NCBI GenBank assembly: GCA_041937175.2
Contig: CP166615.1
Span: forward strand, 1,760,001-1,824,000
Reading direction: 5' to 3'
From: Limnothrix sp. BL-A-16
Lineage (GTDB): Bacteria; Cyanobacteriota; Cyanobacteriia; CACIAM-69d
DNA length: 64,000 nucleotides
In this document: positions 53,720-63,636 of the stretch, piece by piece
How positions within the stretch are numbered: position 1 is the stretch's first letter
Layout of the letters: each line of letters starts with the position of its first letter
The notes under the pieces: model-generated
Database searches by the model: none
Told to the model about the DNA's origin: nothing
What the model saw: only the letters and a program-made list of their open reading frames with translations
Made by a program: the position numbers and the translations under genes

Positions 53720-54253
53720 AGGGTGGATGGGTTTCGATCAACGTTGATTGGGATGATTTTGAACAGGCTCACCGTTAAGTTGAAGCACCTGCCCTTGCCC
53801 GGGCCCCAAAAACTAGCAAAGATTCAGACCTCCCCCCTAGTCAGCTCAAGTTCAGCTCAATTGAGGTCGCCCATCACAGTTGGCTAACCTGAATCAGTGG
53901 TGCTGATTGGGTTGAATTGCTCAGGCTGAATTTCCAGAATTTCGCCGCGCTGTCTTCATTTCAGCCCGCGTCCCTTGGACTCAGAACCATGGCAACAGGG
54001 CAGAAATTGAGGAGATTGATCTCAGCATTGACCCGAGATCGAAGCCGGTTTTTGCTCGACGACAAGCTGTTAGAAACTGAAAAAAAACTTCAGATAGCTA
54101 CAAATTGTCAGTTCCTATGGTCACATCCCGAGAGTTTATGGATAGAATATGCGATTGAAACCGCTATTCGGTAGGGGTTTCAGCCACTCATTCTACTGAT
54201 TGCCGACCCGGAAACTGGGTTGGCTCCCTTTCGCATTCAGGAGATTTCGGATT

Positions 54254-54529
54254 ATGAATAAAGGCGAGCTGATTGATAAGGTGGCCGAAAAGGCGAATGT
54301 CACCAAAAAGCAGGCCGATCAAGTGCTGACGGCCGCTCTTGACTCGATCGTGGAAGCGGTTTCGTCGGGCGAAAAGGTGACTTTGGTGGGGTTTGGCTCA
54401 TTTGAGCGCCGTGAGCGGAAGTCCCGCGAAGGCCGCAACCCCAAAACCGGCCAAAAGATGGAAATTCCGGCCACCTGTGTTCCCGCCTTTTCTGCCGGTA
54501 AGTTGTTCAAGGAAAAGGTTGCGCCTTAG
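54254..54529 (+). CDS. hup: DNA-binding protein HU
   Basis: MNKGELI, VGFGSF, GRNPKTG, PAFSAGK. Confidence 0.97.
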   Translation: MNKGELIDKVAEKANVTKKQADQVLTAALDSIVEAVSSGEKVTLVGFGSFERRERKSREGRNPKTGQKMEIPATCVPAFSAGKLFKEKVAP

Positions 54530-54804
54530 GCAATCCCCTAAGCGCCCTTTCAGGTCTCTGTGGTTGCCATGGCCGACTGGTGTTTGAGGGTCGGTCATGG
54601 AATTTGTTTTACCAGCGCCCAACAATCTGCATGGCAAAGCAGCGAGCTGCCCTTGGGCCGATCGAATGGGCCGATCGAACCAGGCCCGCGAGTTGCAAGT
54701 GCATTGGGGTTTGGGATTAATCGCCCTGGCGGGATGAATCAACGGAAAAGCATCGGTTGTAGACTAAATCCCGACTGCCCGACCCATCATTTTGCAAATT
54801 TGCC

Positions 54805-55572
54805 ATGCACGCTTCCATGGATGCTTCCCCGATCGCCCCGCGCCCGTTGAAGGCTACGGTGCTTCAGTTGCCGGTTCATCTGCTGGATGACTACACCCAG
54901 TGGTTGTTGGATCGGCGACAGGAGGGGGGCGCGCAGGTGGTGACCCTCAATGCGGAAATGGCGATCGAGGGGGAACGAAACGCCCGATTGGGAGAAACCA
55001 TCCGCCAAGCGGATTTATGCATTCCCGACGGGGCCGGCGTGGCCCTATACCTGAAGCTGCGGGGCTATCGCCAAGTGCGCCGAGTTCCGGGCATTGAGTT
55101 AGCAGAATCGGTGCTGACGGCCTTTGGGCGATCGCCCAATGCCTACGGAACCGTTTGGTGCTACGGCGGTCAGCCCGGCGTTGCGCAGGCGGCGGCCCAA
55201 GCCTGGGAAAAACGGGCCCCCGGCATTCAATTTTCAGGGATTTATCACGGCTTTTTGAGCGAAGACGAGCGATCGACCATGGTGCAATCCATGCGGGAAG
55301 CCCAACCGGGCCTGATTTTGGTGGCACTGGGTGTTCCTCGCCAGGAATATTGGATTGCGGAACACCGCCACCTTTGTCCCAATGCCATTTGGATTGGCGT
55401 TGGGGGCAGTTTTGATATTTGGTCGGGCACAAAAGAGCGTGCGCCCGCTTGGTTTTGCGAAAACAATCTGGAATGGCTCTATCGGCTCTATCAAGAACCT
55501 TGGCGTTGGCGGCGAATGCTGGCTTTGCCGAAGTTTGCTTGGCGGGCGCTGCTGGAAACGCTACGCCCCTAA
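54805..55572 (+). CDS. WecB/TagA/CpsF-family glycosyltransferase
   Basis: TLNAE, PDGAG, LGVPRQE, GVGGSFD, EWLYRL..EPWR. Confidence 0.93.
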   Translation: MHASMDASPIAPRPLKATVLQLPVHLLDDYTQWLLDRRQEGGAQVVTLNAEMAIEGERNARLGETIRQADLCIPDGAGVALYLKLRGYRQVRRVPGIELAESVLTAFGRSPNAYGTVWCYGGQPGVAQAAAQAWEKRAPGIQFSGIYHGFLSEDERSTMVQSMREAQPGLILVALGVPRQEYWIAEHRHLCPNAIWIGVGGSFDIWSGTKERAPAWFCENNLEWLYRLYQEPWRWRRMLALPKFAWRALLETLRP

Positions 55573-56174
55573 AACATGCCTTCAGGAATGGGAATATTGC
55601 CGTTGTTGTAGTCGTCCCAAACTCGGAACAGGAACATTCGTCGATCGCGGGCAGTGTTGCTGTAGCTTTCTAGCTCCGATCGGAACAGTTTGCGCAGCGT
55701 GGGGTTTTGAGCCAGATTCAGCAACTCCTGAAGCTCGGTTTCAGAAAACTGGCTATCGAGACGACGACTGTAATTGAGGGCGACGGTTTTCCAGCCGGCC
55801 CGCTCCTTGAGCACCTCATTCAACCAGTTAATAAATTTCAGGGACTGGTTGGGCGAAACGGCTAAATCTACAGCATTTCCCAAATATTGATCGTAGCGTT
55901 CTGAAACTCCCAGTTCTTGCAAAACAGCGGTGATCAGTTGCCGTTTGGTCATGGGCTGTTCAGGCAGGGCCGGCGTAGTTTGCGCAAGCCGATCGCCAGG
56001 ATTTTCGCTGATTAAATTCACGATGTCGTGAGGGGCAATATTGCGAGGAGCGATCGGCTCTGTGGCACTGGCTGGCTGCAAATGGGCGATCGCCATGGCA
56101 ATGCAAAGACCGGCCGCCGCAAGGGCGATCGATTGCCAAAAATTAATCCAACGAACTTGCTTGAGATGGGTCAT
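55569..56174 (-). CDS. Hypothetical exported protein
   Basis: Signal-peptide-like N-terminus (ASA); FSETELQELL motif reminiscent of DUF2059. Confidence 0.65.
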   Translation of the reverse strand: MTHLKQVRWINFWQSIALAAAGLCIAMAIAHLQPASATEPIAPRNIAPHDIVNLISENPGDRLAQTTPALPEQPMTKRQLITAVLQELGVSERYDQYLGNAVDLAVSPNQSLKFINWLNEVLKERAGWKTVALNYSRRLDSQFSETELQELLNLAQNPTLRKLFRSELESYSNTARDRRMFLFRVWDDYNNGNIPIPEGMF

Positions 56175-56242
56175 ACCAGTGACTAAAAAAAGGGGAAAAA
56201 GGGGTTGAAGGATGAAAATCTTTGGCTAATTTGCACAAAATA

Positions 56243-58960
56243 CTAGCGGCCAGATTGCGATCGCTCTCGTTTGCCGATCGTGCCGCGTGTGACTCCCAGT
56301 TGGCTGGACAGTTGCAAATCTTGCCAAAGTTCAGTGCCGGAAATTTCGCCCCGCAGGAGTTGTTGATAGCGGCCGATCGCGTGACTGACCCGATCGGGCG
56401 GTTCATTGAGAAACTCCAACCGGAATCGCCGGGCTCCGGACACAATTAACCGTTGCACCACCTCTGCGCCCGTCTGTGCCACCCCATTAAACACCGTGTT
56501 TCGGCAGCCCGCATCCGCCTGTAACCGATGCTCCACCCCGGCTCGATCGCGCAGGGTAACCGTTTGTTTTTCGCAGGGACGGCCGCAGTTTGTGTGATCG
56601 GTTCCGGTGGACAAAAAGGCACAAAAAACACAATGCTCCATATGAAACATGGGCATATGTTGATGAATCGTAATTTCTAACCAATCGGGAGGACAAGCTT
56701 TTAGCAAATCGACCAATTGATCGGCATTTAAATCGTAGGAAGCCGTGAGGCCGGCCAGTTGAAATTCTTGCTGAAAATAGCTGGCGGCGATCGGGTTGGC
56801 CACATTCAACGAAAAATCACCCATGCAGCGATCTTGGGCAAAAAAGCTGAGATGGTCATAATTGCGCACCAAATAGCCATCCGCATGGCTGTTGCGAACT
56901 TGCTGCAAAATCCAGGTTTCACCGGTTTTGTAAATCCGAGGGGGCGCAACCCAAAGGGTTTGTTGATCCGATTGTTTTTGGGTGCGAAACCACTCCACCA
57001 GCGATCGATATTGGCGCGGATCCTCTAATTCGCAATAGAGCCGATCGATTCCGGCGGCCATGGCGCTGGCCAGTTGGGCCCGGTTGCGCACCAAAACCGA
57101 TAGTTGGGCTGGCTCCGGAGCCAGTTGATCGCCCATGGCGGGCCAAAGATCGCGCGATCGCGCCGTGGCGTGCAATGTCCAGCGGGGTGGCTGGGCCCGC
57201 TGCTGTTCCAGTTGAACCACCAAGTCTCGCCGCATTCGGTTTAGCTCGCTGGCGGGCAAAATCACCTCGCCACTGAGTTGTTGCTCAAAGCGATCGAGCC
57301 GAAAAGCCGTGTTGCCCAGCCGACCGAACTGGTCTTGCAATCGCTCGGTCGTGAGCGGTTGGCGCTCTGCCGCCGCCAGGGGCATGGTGGACACCACTTG
57401 GGCAATGTGGCCCAACTCATCCCGGGCGATCGCGGTGGCGGGCTGACCCAGCACCCCATGGAATTCAATGGCGATCGGGCGCTGAAATTTGGGTTGCTCG
57501 CCCGCGTAGGTTTGGCGCACCCGTTTTTCTAGTTCCGGATCAGAAGTTTTCCACAGCCGATCGCCCGATCGCACCCGTCGCAAATCCAACTGACTGAAGC
57601 GATCGACCCGCAAGCCCCACAGCTCGCCCGATCGTCCCGGTTCCCGCACCTCACAGATGCGGCCGCCCTGTTCACCGCCGGGCCCATCCAGACCAATGCC
57701 ATCGCCAGGGCTGAGGTGCAAACCAGTCGATCGCACCCACAACCAATCGCCCTCCACCCGCGCCACTTCGCCCAAATAGGCCCCGCGCTTTTTGGCATAT
57801 TCCCCATGCACCAGCGCTTGGTTATTGATGCCCTCAAACCAGCCCGTGAATAGACCACGAGAAAAGGACATTTCCAACTCGTAGCGATCGGCCGAGTTGG
57901 TTGATGGCGATGATTGTGGCTGCGATCGCGATGGGGCAAGATGCTCAAGCCCCTTGTCTAGGGTGTTACTCACCGATGGATGGCCGATCTCGGCTCGATT
58001 CTGTAACACCGAGCCAGCAAGGGGATTCAGCCCCTTGTCTACCCGGCTAGCCACGGTTGCCACCGCCCGATCGAGCGCTTGGCGATAAATCCTTGTGGTG
58101 CTGGCCACATATTCCGGCGCTTTCAACCGGCCCTCAATTTTCAGGCAACTGACCCCCGCCGCCACCAACTCCGACAACACCGGCAGCCCAGACAAATCCT
58201 GGGGACTGAGCAGATAGTCCCGATCGCCCAAATCCACCACCTGCCCATCGGCCACCAACTCATAGGGCATCCGACAGGCCTGGGCACATTCCCCCCGATT
58301 AGCCGATCGCCCACCCAACGCCTCACTGGTCAAGCATTGGCCCGAATAGGCCACACAAAGGGCCCCATGCACAAACACCTCCAGCGGCAAAGACAAGCCC
58401 CGATCGCCCAACTGGGTTTGAATTTTCTGAATTTCCCGAATCGAACATTCCCGCGCCAACACCACCAACTGGCAACCCAAATTCCGCGCAAACGCCACCC
58501 CCGCCGCACTGGTGATCGTCATTTGCGTTGAAGCATGGATCGGAAAATCCGGCGACAGATGCCGAATCAACCGCACCAACCCCACATCCTGCACGATCGC
58601 CGCATCCACCCCCGCCGCAATCACCGACTTCAGGTAGCGCTCCGCCTCCACCAGCTCATCGGTGAAAATCAGCGTGTTAATCGTCACATAGCCCTTCACC
58701 CCGCGCCGATGCAGCCAGGCCATCAGCTCCGGCAAATCCGCCTCCGTGAAGTTTTCGGCCCGCATTCGCGCATTGAAGCGATCGAGACCGAAATAAATCG
58801 CATCGGCCCCGTTTTCTACCGCCGCCTTCGCACAGTCCCAATTGCCCGCCGGAGCCAGCAACTCCGGTCGCCCCAGGGGCCGCGAAGCTGTCACCACATC
58901 CTCTGGGCGCGTGGAGCATGGAACATCGGATTGCTGAGCATCGGGCAACGAAGAAAGCAT
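56243..58960 (-). CDS. Peptidase U32-family protein (RlhA-like RNA hydroxylation factor, long form)
   Basis: ELLAPAG, HASTQ, HGALCVAYSGQC, NRGECAQACR, LSPQDL, KIEGR. ATG 58960 preferred. Confidence 0.92.
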   Translation of the reverse strand: MLSSLPDAQQSDVPCSTRPEDVVTASRPLGRPELLAPAGNWDCAKAAVENGADAIYFGLDRFNARMRAENFTEADLPELMAWLHRRGVKGYVTINTLIFTDELVEAERYLKSVIAAGVDAAIVQDVGLVRLIRHLSPDFPIHASTQMTITSAAGVAFARNLGCQLVVLARECSIREIQKIQTQLGDRGLSLPLEVFVHGALCVAYSGQCLTSEALGGRSANRGECAQACRMPYELVADGQVVDLGDRDYLLSPQDLSGLPVLSELVAAGVSCLKIEGRLKAPEYVASTTRIYRQALDRAVATVASRVDKGLNPLAGSVLQNRAEIGHPSVSNTLDKGLEHLAPSRSQPQSSPSTNSADRYELEMSFSRGLFTGWFEGINNQALVHGEYAKKRGAYLGEVARVEGDWLWVRSTGLHLSPGDGIGLDGPGGEQGGRICEVREPGRSGELWGLRVDRFSQLDLRRVRSGDRLWKTSDPELEKRVRQTYAGEQPKFQRPIAIEFHGVLGQPATAIARDELGHIAQVVSTMPLAAAERQPLTTERLQDQFGRLGNTAFRLDRFEQQLSGEVILPASELNRMRRDLVVQLEQQRAQPPRWTLHATARSRDLWPAMGDQLAPEPAQLSVLVRNRAQLASAMAAGIDRLYCELEDPRQYRSLVEWFRTQKQSDQQTLWVAPPRIYKTGETWILQQVRNSHADGYLVRNYDHLSFFAQDRCMGDFSLNVANPIAASYFQQEFQLAGLTASYDLNADQLVDLLKACPPDWLEITIHQHMPMFHMEHCVFCAFLSTGTDHTNCGRPCEKQTVTLRDRAGVEHRLQADAGCRNTVFNGVAQTGAEVVQRLIVSGARRFRLEFLNEPPDRVSHAIGRYQQLLRGEISGTELWQDLQLSSQLGVTRGTIGKRERSQSGR
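57936..58039. repeat. Two intragenic copies of the 22-bp palindrome inside the U32 gene
   Basis: GCAAGATGCTCAAGCCCCTTGTC (57936-57958) and GCAAGGGGATTCAGCCCCTTGTC (58017-58039), translated as DKGLEHLA and DKGLNPLA. Confidence 0.85.
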
Positions 58961-59259
58961 GATGGGGGTTGAAAGCTGCTGGTGGATTCGTTCAAGAGAT
59001 TCACTAACCAGTATCAGGAAAAAGTACCGCGATCGGTATGTTGGGCAGGCAGTTCCCGCTGAAGTCCTGCGGGCGCGATCGCGGTGGGCTTGCGTGGGCT
59101 GCAATTACCTTTCGTGGCCCTCAGTTTCGTTGAATTATTGGTTGAATTATTTTCAGTTGCGTGAAAGTTGTGCAGAGTGGCATGGTGTGCAGAGTTGCGT
59201 GGAAGCCTGAAATGGGCTAGGCATGATGAGTTAGTGATCAACCGTGATCAGCCGCCATG

Positions 59260-59395
59260 ATCAATCGCCTCGATTAACTGCCTCGGTCAATCGCCTCAGC
59301 ATCCCACTCTGAGCCATCTGCGTGAATGAGTTTGTGCTGATGAGTTTGTGCTAATTGGCCTGTGCTGATCAGTTCGTGCTGATCAATCTGTCCGG
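59260..59395. repeat. Degenerate short tandem repeats (13-mer x3, 14-mer x4-5)
   Basis: ATCAATCGCCTCG-like units at 59260-59298; ATGAGTTTGTGCTG-like units at 59326-59395. Confidence 0.7.
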
Positions 59396-59536
59396 GTCAG
59401 TTAGTCTGTCTTAGTCAGGTTGTTCTGAGAATTCTGGCAGTGGGTGCAGGTTCTGGTTCGATCGAGCCGGTGTTTGCTCCCCTGGCCCAGATCGATCGTT
59501 TGAAGTCCCTCGCGTGTCAATTCCTAAATAGCAGCA

Positions 59537-59857
59537 ATGGATCGCCTAAGCATCGTGCAGCCTTTCGGTATTTTGGACGGCAAACAAGCTGGCCCCTTCC
59601 GTCAAGAAGTGAGCGATCAGGTTCAGTCAGGGATGCAACATATCCTGGTTGACTTTCAAGATGTGTCTTTCATGGACAGTTCGGGACTGGGGGCCCTGGT
59701 TTTAGCCTTGAAAACGGCTCGATCGGCCGGAGCCAAGCTTTATCTTTGCTCAATCAATGACCAAGTGAAGATGCTGTTTGACCTAACAAGTATGGATCGG
59801 GTATTTGAAATCTATCCCGACCAGGAGTCGTTCATGGAGCATTTCAATTCCCTTTAA
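59537..59857 (+). CDS. STAS-domain anti-sigma factor antagonist
   Basis: DFQDVSFMDSSGLGAL (phosphorylatable Ser), 106 aa. Confidence 0.95.
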   Translation: MDRLSIVQPFGILDGKQAGPFRQEVSDQVQSGMQHILVDFQDVSFMDSSGLGALVLALKTARSAGAKLYLCSINDQVKMLFDLTSMDRVFEIYPDQESFMEHFNSL

Positions 59858-60184
59858 CGTTCGATTGAAGGCTCGATCGCCCTCGGGGCCTGGCAGTGAG
59901 TGATGGGCAAAAACCCTAGGAATCTGCAAGATCCCTGTGCAATGCTAGGCATCAACGCTGTGGCGGAGTCTCAAAAATCAAGGCGGGCGGATGGGGCGAT
60001 CGCCCATGTGGCCCCTCCACAAAGCCCCAGCGAGGGCCGGTCTAGATTTGCATCTCCGGTGAACTGCTGGTGAATCTTTGGTGAACCCTGGAATTTGGAA
60101 CACCAACTTGCAACCCTAGGCCGAAACACTGGATTTGAGCATTTGCATCGGCCCTAGTTCAACTAGCGGAATGAAAGCGCAGTC

Positions 60185-61087
60185 ATGAGTTGGCCAGACT
60201 GGACGAGTTTGATCGTAGGGATCGGCATTGGGTTTTACGGGGCGCTGCGACGCTCAACCAGTCCGGCATCATCACCAGAAACACCCAAATCGCAAGCATT
60301 GGCCAACTCGTCCGACTCTGACGATTCAGATCCCGATGATTCAGCCTTAGCCGTTGCCTATCATTTGGCGAAACAGTGGGGTGCGTTTCAGGCGGGATTT
60401 TTGGCCCGGACAGCCCATGAGTTGCGATCGCCCATGAGCAGCGCGATCGGGCTGCACCAAATGATTTTGAACGATCTGTGTGACGACTTGGAGGAGGAAC
60501 GCCAGTGCGTGGCCGATGCCAACCAAGCGGCCCAACGGATGGTGAATTTGCTCGATCGCCTGATTGAAGTGTCCAAATTTAATAGCGGAGCCATTGAGCC
60601 AGATTTTCAGGTTGTTGCCCTGTCCCTCATTTTGGATGACGTGGAAGGGTTGACCTATTTACAGGCGGCAAACCGTAACATTGGCTTGGATTTTGAGGAA
60701 CCGCCCGAGGTGGATGTGTGGGTGGATTCCAAGCGAATGCGCCAGTCTTTGGCATTGGTGGTGGATGGTTTGATCACACAGCTTGCCCAAATTGGCGACA
60801 AGGGGCCCATTACCCTGCGCACTTCAGTGATTGAGCAGACGGTTCAGATTCAAATTCAAACCACCTGTGCGCTGGAAACCTGGAGCGACCCGATCGACTT
60901 GATGGATCCGGGGATGTCCGTTGCCCACAGTGTGGCCGATCTGCGAGCGATGGCGGCCCACAGTCAGCTATCACCGATGATGGGCCTGTGGGTGGCTCAG
61001 TTGGCGATCGAGTCGATGGATGGGCAATTAACGGCTACTTCAAGCGAAAACGGCATGGAACTGCTCTGCACAGTTTCCTTGGCTTAG
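60185..61087 (+). CDS. Histidine kinase-like protein (HisKA plus degenerate HATPase)
   Basis: N-terminal TM; H-box AHELRSPM; canonical N, G1 and G2 boxes not recognisable. Confidence 0.8.
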   Translation: MSWPDWTSLIVGIGIGFYGALRRSTSPASSPETPKSQALANSSDSDDSDPDDSALAVAYHLAKQWGAFQAGFLARTAHELRSPMSSAIGLHQMILNDLCDDLEEERQCVADANQAAQRMVNLLDRLIEVSKFNSGAIEPDFQVVALSLILDDVEGLTYLQAANRNIGLDFEEPPEVDVWVDSKRMRQSLALVVDGLITQLAQIGDKGPITLRTSVIEQTVQIQIQTTCALETWSDPIDLMDPGMSVAHSVADLRAMAAHSQLSPMMGLWVAQLAIESMDGQLTATSSENGMELLCTVSLA

Positions 61088-61098
61088 GGAGACTTGGG

Positions 61099-62184
61099 TT
61101 AACGGCGATCGAGAGGTTCCCGCAGTTCCACAGGGGCTTCCAGTAATTGCAGCTTGGCCCGCTCGGCATCGATCGCCACCGGAATCCCGATCGGGAGGGT
61201 GAGCTTGTCGGGCACATGGCCTAGGGCCAACCCCTGCCAACTGGGAATTCCCAAGGGGCGAATCCAATCATCCAGCACGCGGTTGAGGGAAAGGGCCGGC
61301 TCCCGATCGCCTGGATTGTCGCAGCGGGTGCATTGGGCAAATACAAACCCCGCCAACTGATCCAGCACCCCCGCCAGCTTCAGTTGTGACAACAGGCGAT
61401 CGATCCGATAGACCGGCTCGCCCACCTCTTCCACCACCAAAATTTTGCCCGCCCACTGGGGAAGATAGGTGGATCCCACCATGGCCGCCAACACCGACAG
61501 ATTCGCCACCACCAAGGGGCCCTGGGCTTGGCCGGGGTGAATCACTCGGTGGGTTTGCTGGGGTGGATTTTGGAGGGTGGCCGCTGTCCCTGCCATCAAA
61601 ATTTGTTGCCAAGCGGCCGTAGAAAACGCATTCCAGCGGGAAGCGATCACGGGGCCATGGAACGTGACCAAGCCCGATCGCTCGTAATAGGCCAGCAACA
61701 GGGCGCTGATGTCGCTGAAGCCCAAGAGAATTTTGGGGTGCGATCGCGCCAAGTCCCAATCCAATAGGGGCAAAATCCGCGCACAGCCCCACCCTCCGCG
61801 CGCGCAAATAATCGCCGCCACCTGGGGATCGGCAAAGGCCCGGTTTAAATCCGCCGCCCGATCCCGATCGCGCCCGGCCAAATAACCATCTCGATCGAAC
61901 AAATGTCGCCCCGGAACCAGCCGGAATCCTTGCTGAGTCAACCACTGCCAGCCCTGCTGGAGGTCGGCGGCCGCAACACGCCCCGCCGGAGCCAAAATCG
62001 CGATCGTGTCGCCGGGCCGAAGCGATCGCGGCCGCAACAGGGGCCGCATTGCCGGTGGCAATGGCGACAAGGGGGCATCTTCCGCCCTGGCCAGCGATCG
62101 GCCATCAATTTGTGTAGCCAAGGCCAGAGCACCCAAACCCCTCAGCCAAAACCGGCGCGATCGCCCATGGTTGATCATCGTCAA
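61099..62184 (-). CDS. LD-carboxypeptidase (peptidase S66) with Tat-type signal
   Basis: SRRFWL, ARGGWG, GFSD, FHGP, EEVGE..YRIDR, GH. Confidence 0.93.
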   Translation of the reverse strand: MTMINHGRSRRFWLRGLGALALATQIDGRSLARAEDAPLSPLPPAMRPLLRPRSLRPGDTIAILAPAGRVAAADLQQGWQWLTQQGFRLVPGRHLFDRDGYLAGRDRDRAADLNRAFADPQVAAIICARGGWGCARILPLLDWDLARSHPKILLGFSDISALLLAYYERSGLVTFHGPVIASRWNAFSTAAWQQILMAGTAATLQNPPQQTHRVIHPGQAQGPLVVANLSVLAAMVGSTYLPQWAGKILVVEEVGEPVYRIDRLLSQLKLAGVLDQLAGFVFAQCTRCDNPGDREPALSLNRVLDDWIRPLGIPSWQGLALGHVPDKLTLPIGIPVAIDAERAKLQLLEAPVELREPLDRR

Positions 62185-62310
62185 TCACTTTTTGAAAAAA
62201 GTTCTGAATAGAAACAAGAGCGGCTCCGCAGCCTGCTCAAGGATTTATTTCATAATCCCGTGATCATCCATGATCTAATCCTGGCTTCAGACAATCTTTT
62301 GTTAAGCTAG

Positions 62311-62330
62311 ACTGAGAATTAATTGCAATA
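62311..62330. promoter_or_regulatory. Candidate Fur box
   Basis: ACTGAGAATTAATTGCAATA, an AT-rich imperfect dyad about 210 bp upstream of an iron-uptake gene. Confidence 0.5.
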
Positions 62331-62538
62331 ATGCTAGGCTCATACTTCTAAAACGCCGATTATCCAGCCGAGGTGCGATCGCCAGCAGCCATCAGCAATC
62401 CTCGATCGACCCGCCATCCCAGGCGCTCAGTGCCCTAGGGGCAGGCCTGGAATGGGGTCGCGACAACGGCTGATCCTGCTGCCCAGACTGACAATCGCCC
62501 CGAACCGGATTTTCATCAACCTGACCTTGCCAGCTTCC

Positions 62539-63636
62539 ATGAGACGTTTGACCCGCCGCGCCTTTTTGGCGACCAGCTCAATGGCCACCGCCGCCGTTGC
62601 GATCGCCCAGGGTTGCACCCCATCTTCATCCACTTCCAACAACGCCAACAGCAGTTCCAGCAATGGATCCAGCCAAAAAGTGCTGCGGCTCTATTCCGGC
62701 CGTCATTACGACAGCGACAAGGCTGTTTATGAAGGATTTGAGCGCAAAACCGGCATCAAAATCGAATATATCTCCGATGATGCCGACAAGCTCATTGAGC
62801 GGATCCAAGCAGAGGGCAGCCATAGTGCAGCGGACTTGCTGTTAACGGTGGACGCGGGGCGATTATGGCGAGCTTCGGCAGAAGGCCTGTTGCAATCGGT
62901 GACCGCCACCCAGTCTCCCAACCTTTACAGCGCGGTTCCAGAAAATTTGCGCCACCCGGAAGGTCAGTGGTTTGCCCTGTCGAAGCGGGCCCGCGTGATT
63001 ATGTACAACAAGGAAAAGGTGCAACCCTCGGAACTCAGCACCTATGAAGCGCTGGCCGATGCCCGGTGGCGCAGCCAAATTCTGGTGCGCACCTCCAGCA
63101 ACATCTACAACCTGTCCTGGGTGGGCGAAATGATTGCTGTCCATGGCGAGGCCAAGACGGAACAATGGGCCCGCAGCATGGTGGCGAATTTTGCGCGGCC
63201 ACCGGAAGGCAATGACACGGCGCAAATCATGTCCTGTGCAGCGGGCATCGGCTCGATCGCCATTTCCAACACCTACTATTTGGTGCGTTTGGCCAAGTCC
63301 ACCAAGCCGGAAGAGCGCACCGCCTTTCAACGAATTGGAGTCTGTTTCCCCAACCAGGGCGATCGGGGAACCCACATCAACATCAGCGGCGTGGGCTTGG
63401 TGAAAAATGCCCGCAACCCCGAAGGGGCGATTCAGTTCATGGAATATTTGCTGAGTCGCGAAGCCCAGGAACTCTTTGCCAAGGGCAACAATGAATATCC
63501 CGTTTTAAAGGGTGTGGCGTTGGATCCGGAGTTGGCCAAGCTGGGAACCTTCAAGGAATCCACCGTGAGCGCCACCACCTTTGGTCGCAACAACGAGGTG
63601 GCCCTCAAACTGCTCGATCGCGCCGGTTGGAAATAA
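62539..63636 (+). CDS. futA: Fe(III) ABC transporter substrate-binding protein (FutA/IdiA)
   Basis: Tat motif TRRAFL and lipobox AQGC; YSGRHY, TVDAGRL, NIYN, NTYY iron-ligand motifs. Confidence 0.95.
   Translation: MRRLTRRAFLATSSMATAAVAIAQGCTPSSSTSNNANSSSSNGSSQKVLRLYSGRHYDSDKAVYEGFERKTGIKIEYISDDADKLIERIQAEGSHSAADLLLTVDAGRLWRASAEGLLQSVTATQSPNLYSAVPENLRHPEGQWFALSKRARVIMYNKEKVQPSELSTYEALADARWRSQILVRTSSNIYNLSWVGEMIAVHGEAKTEQWARSMVANFARPPEGNDTAQIMSCAAGIGSIAISNTYYLVRLAKSTKPEERTAFQRIGVCFPNQGDRGTHINISGVGLVKNARNPEGAIQFMEYLLSREAQELFAKGNNEYPVLKGVALDPELAKLGTFKESTVSATTFGRNNEVALKLLDRAGWK

Noticed and set aside
59260..59395. Possible CRISPR array or replication iterons
   Set aside because: Units are 13-14 bp, degenerate and unspaced, and no rep or cas gene is nearby.
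28790..62184. WecA-like, ManC-PMM, TagA-like, SLH and LD-carboxypeptidase genes as one cell-wall glycan locus
   Set aside because: They are scattered over more than 30 kb among unrelated housekeeping genes, with no operon structure.
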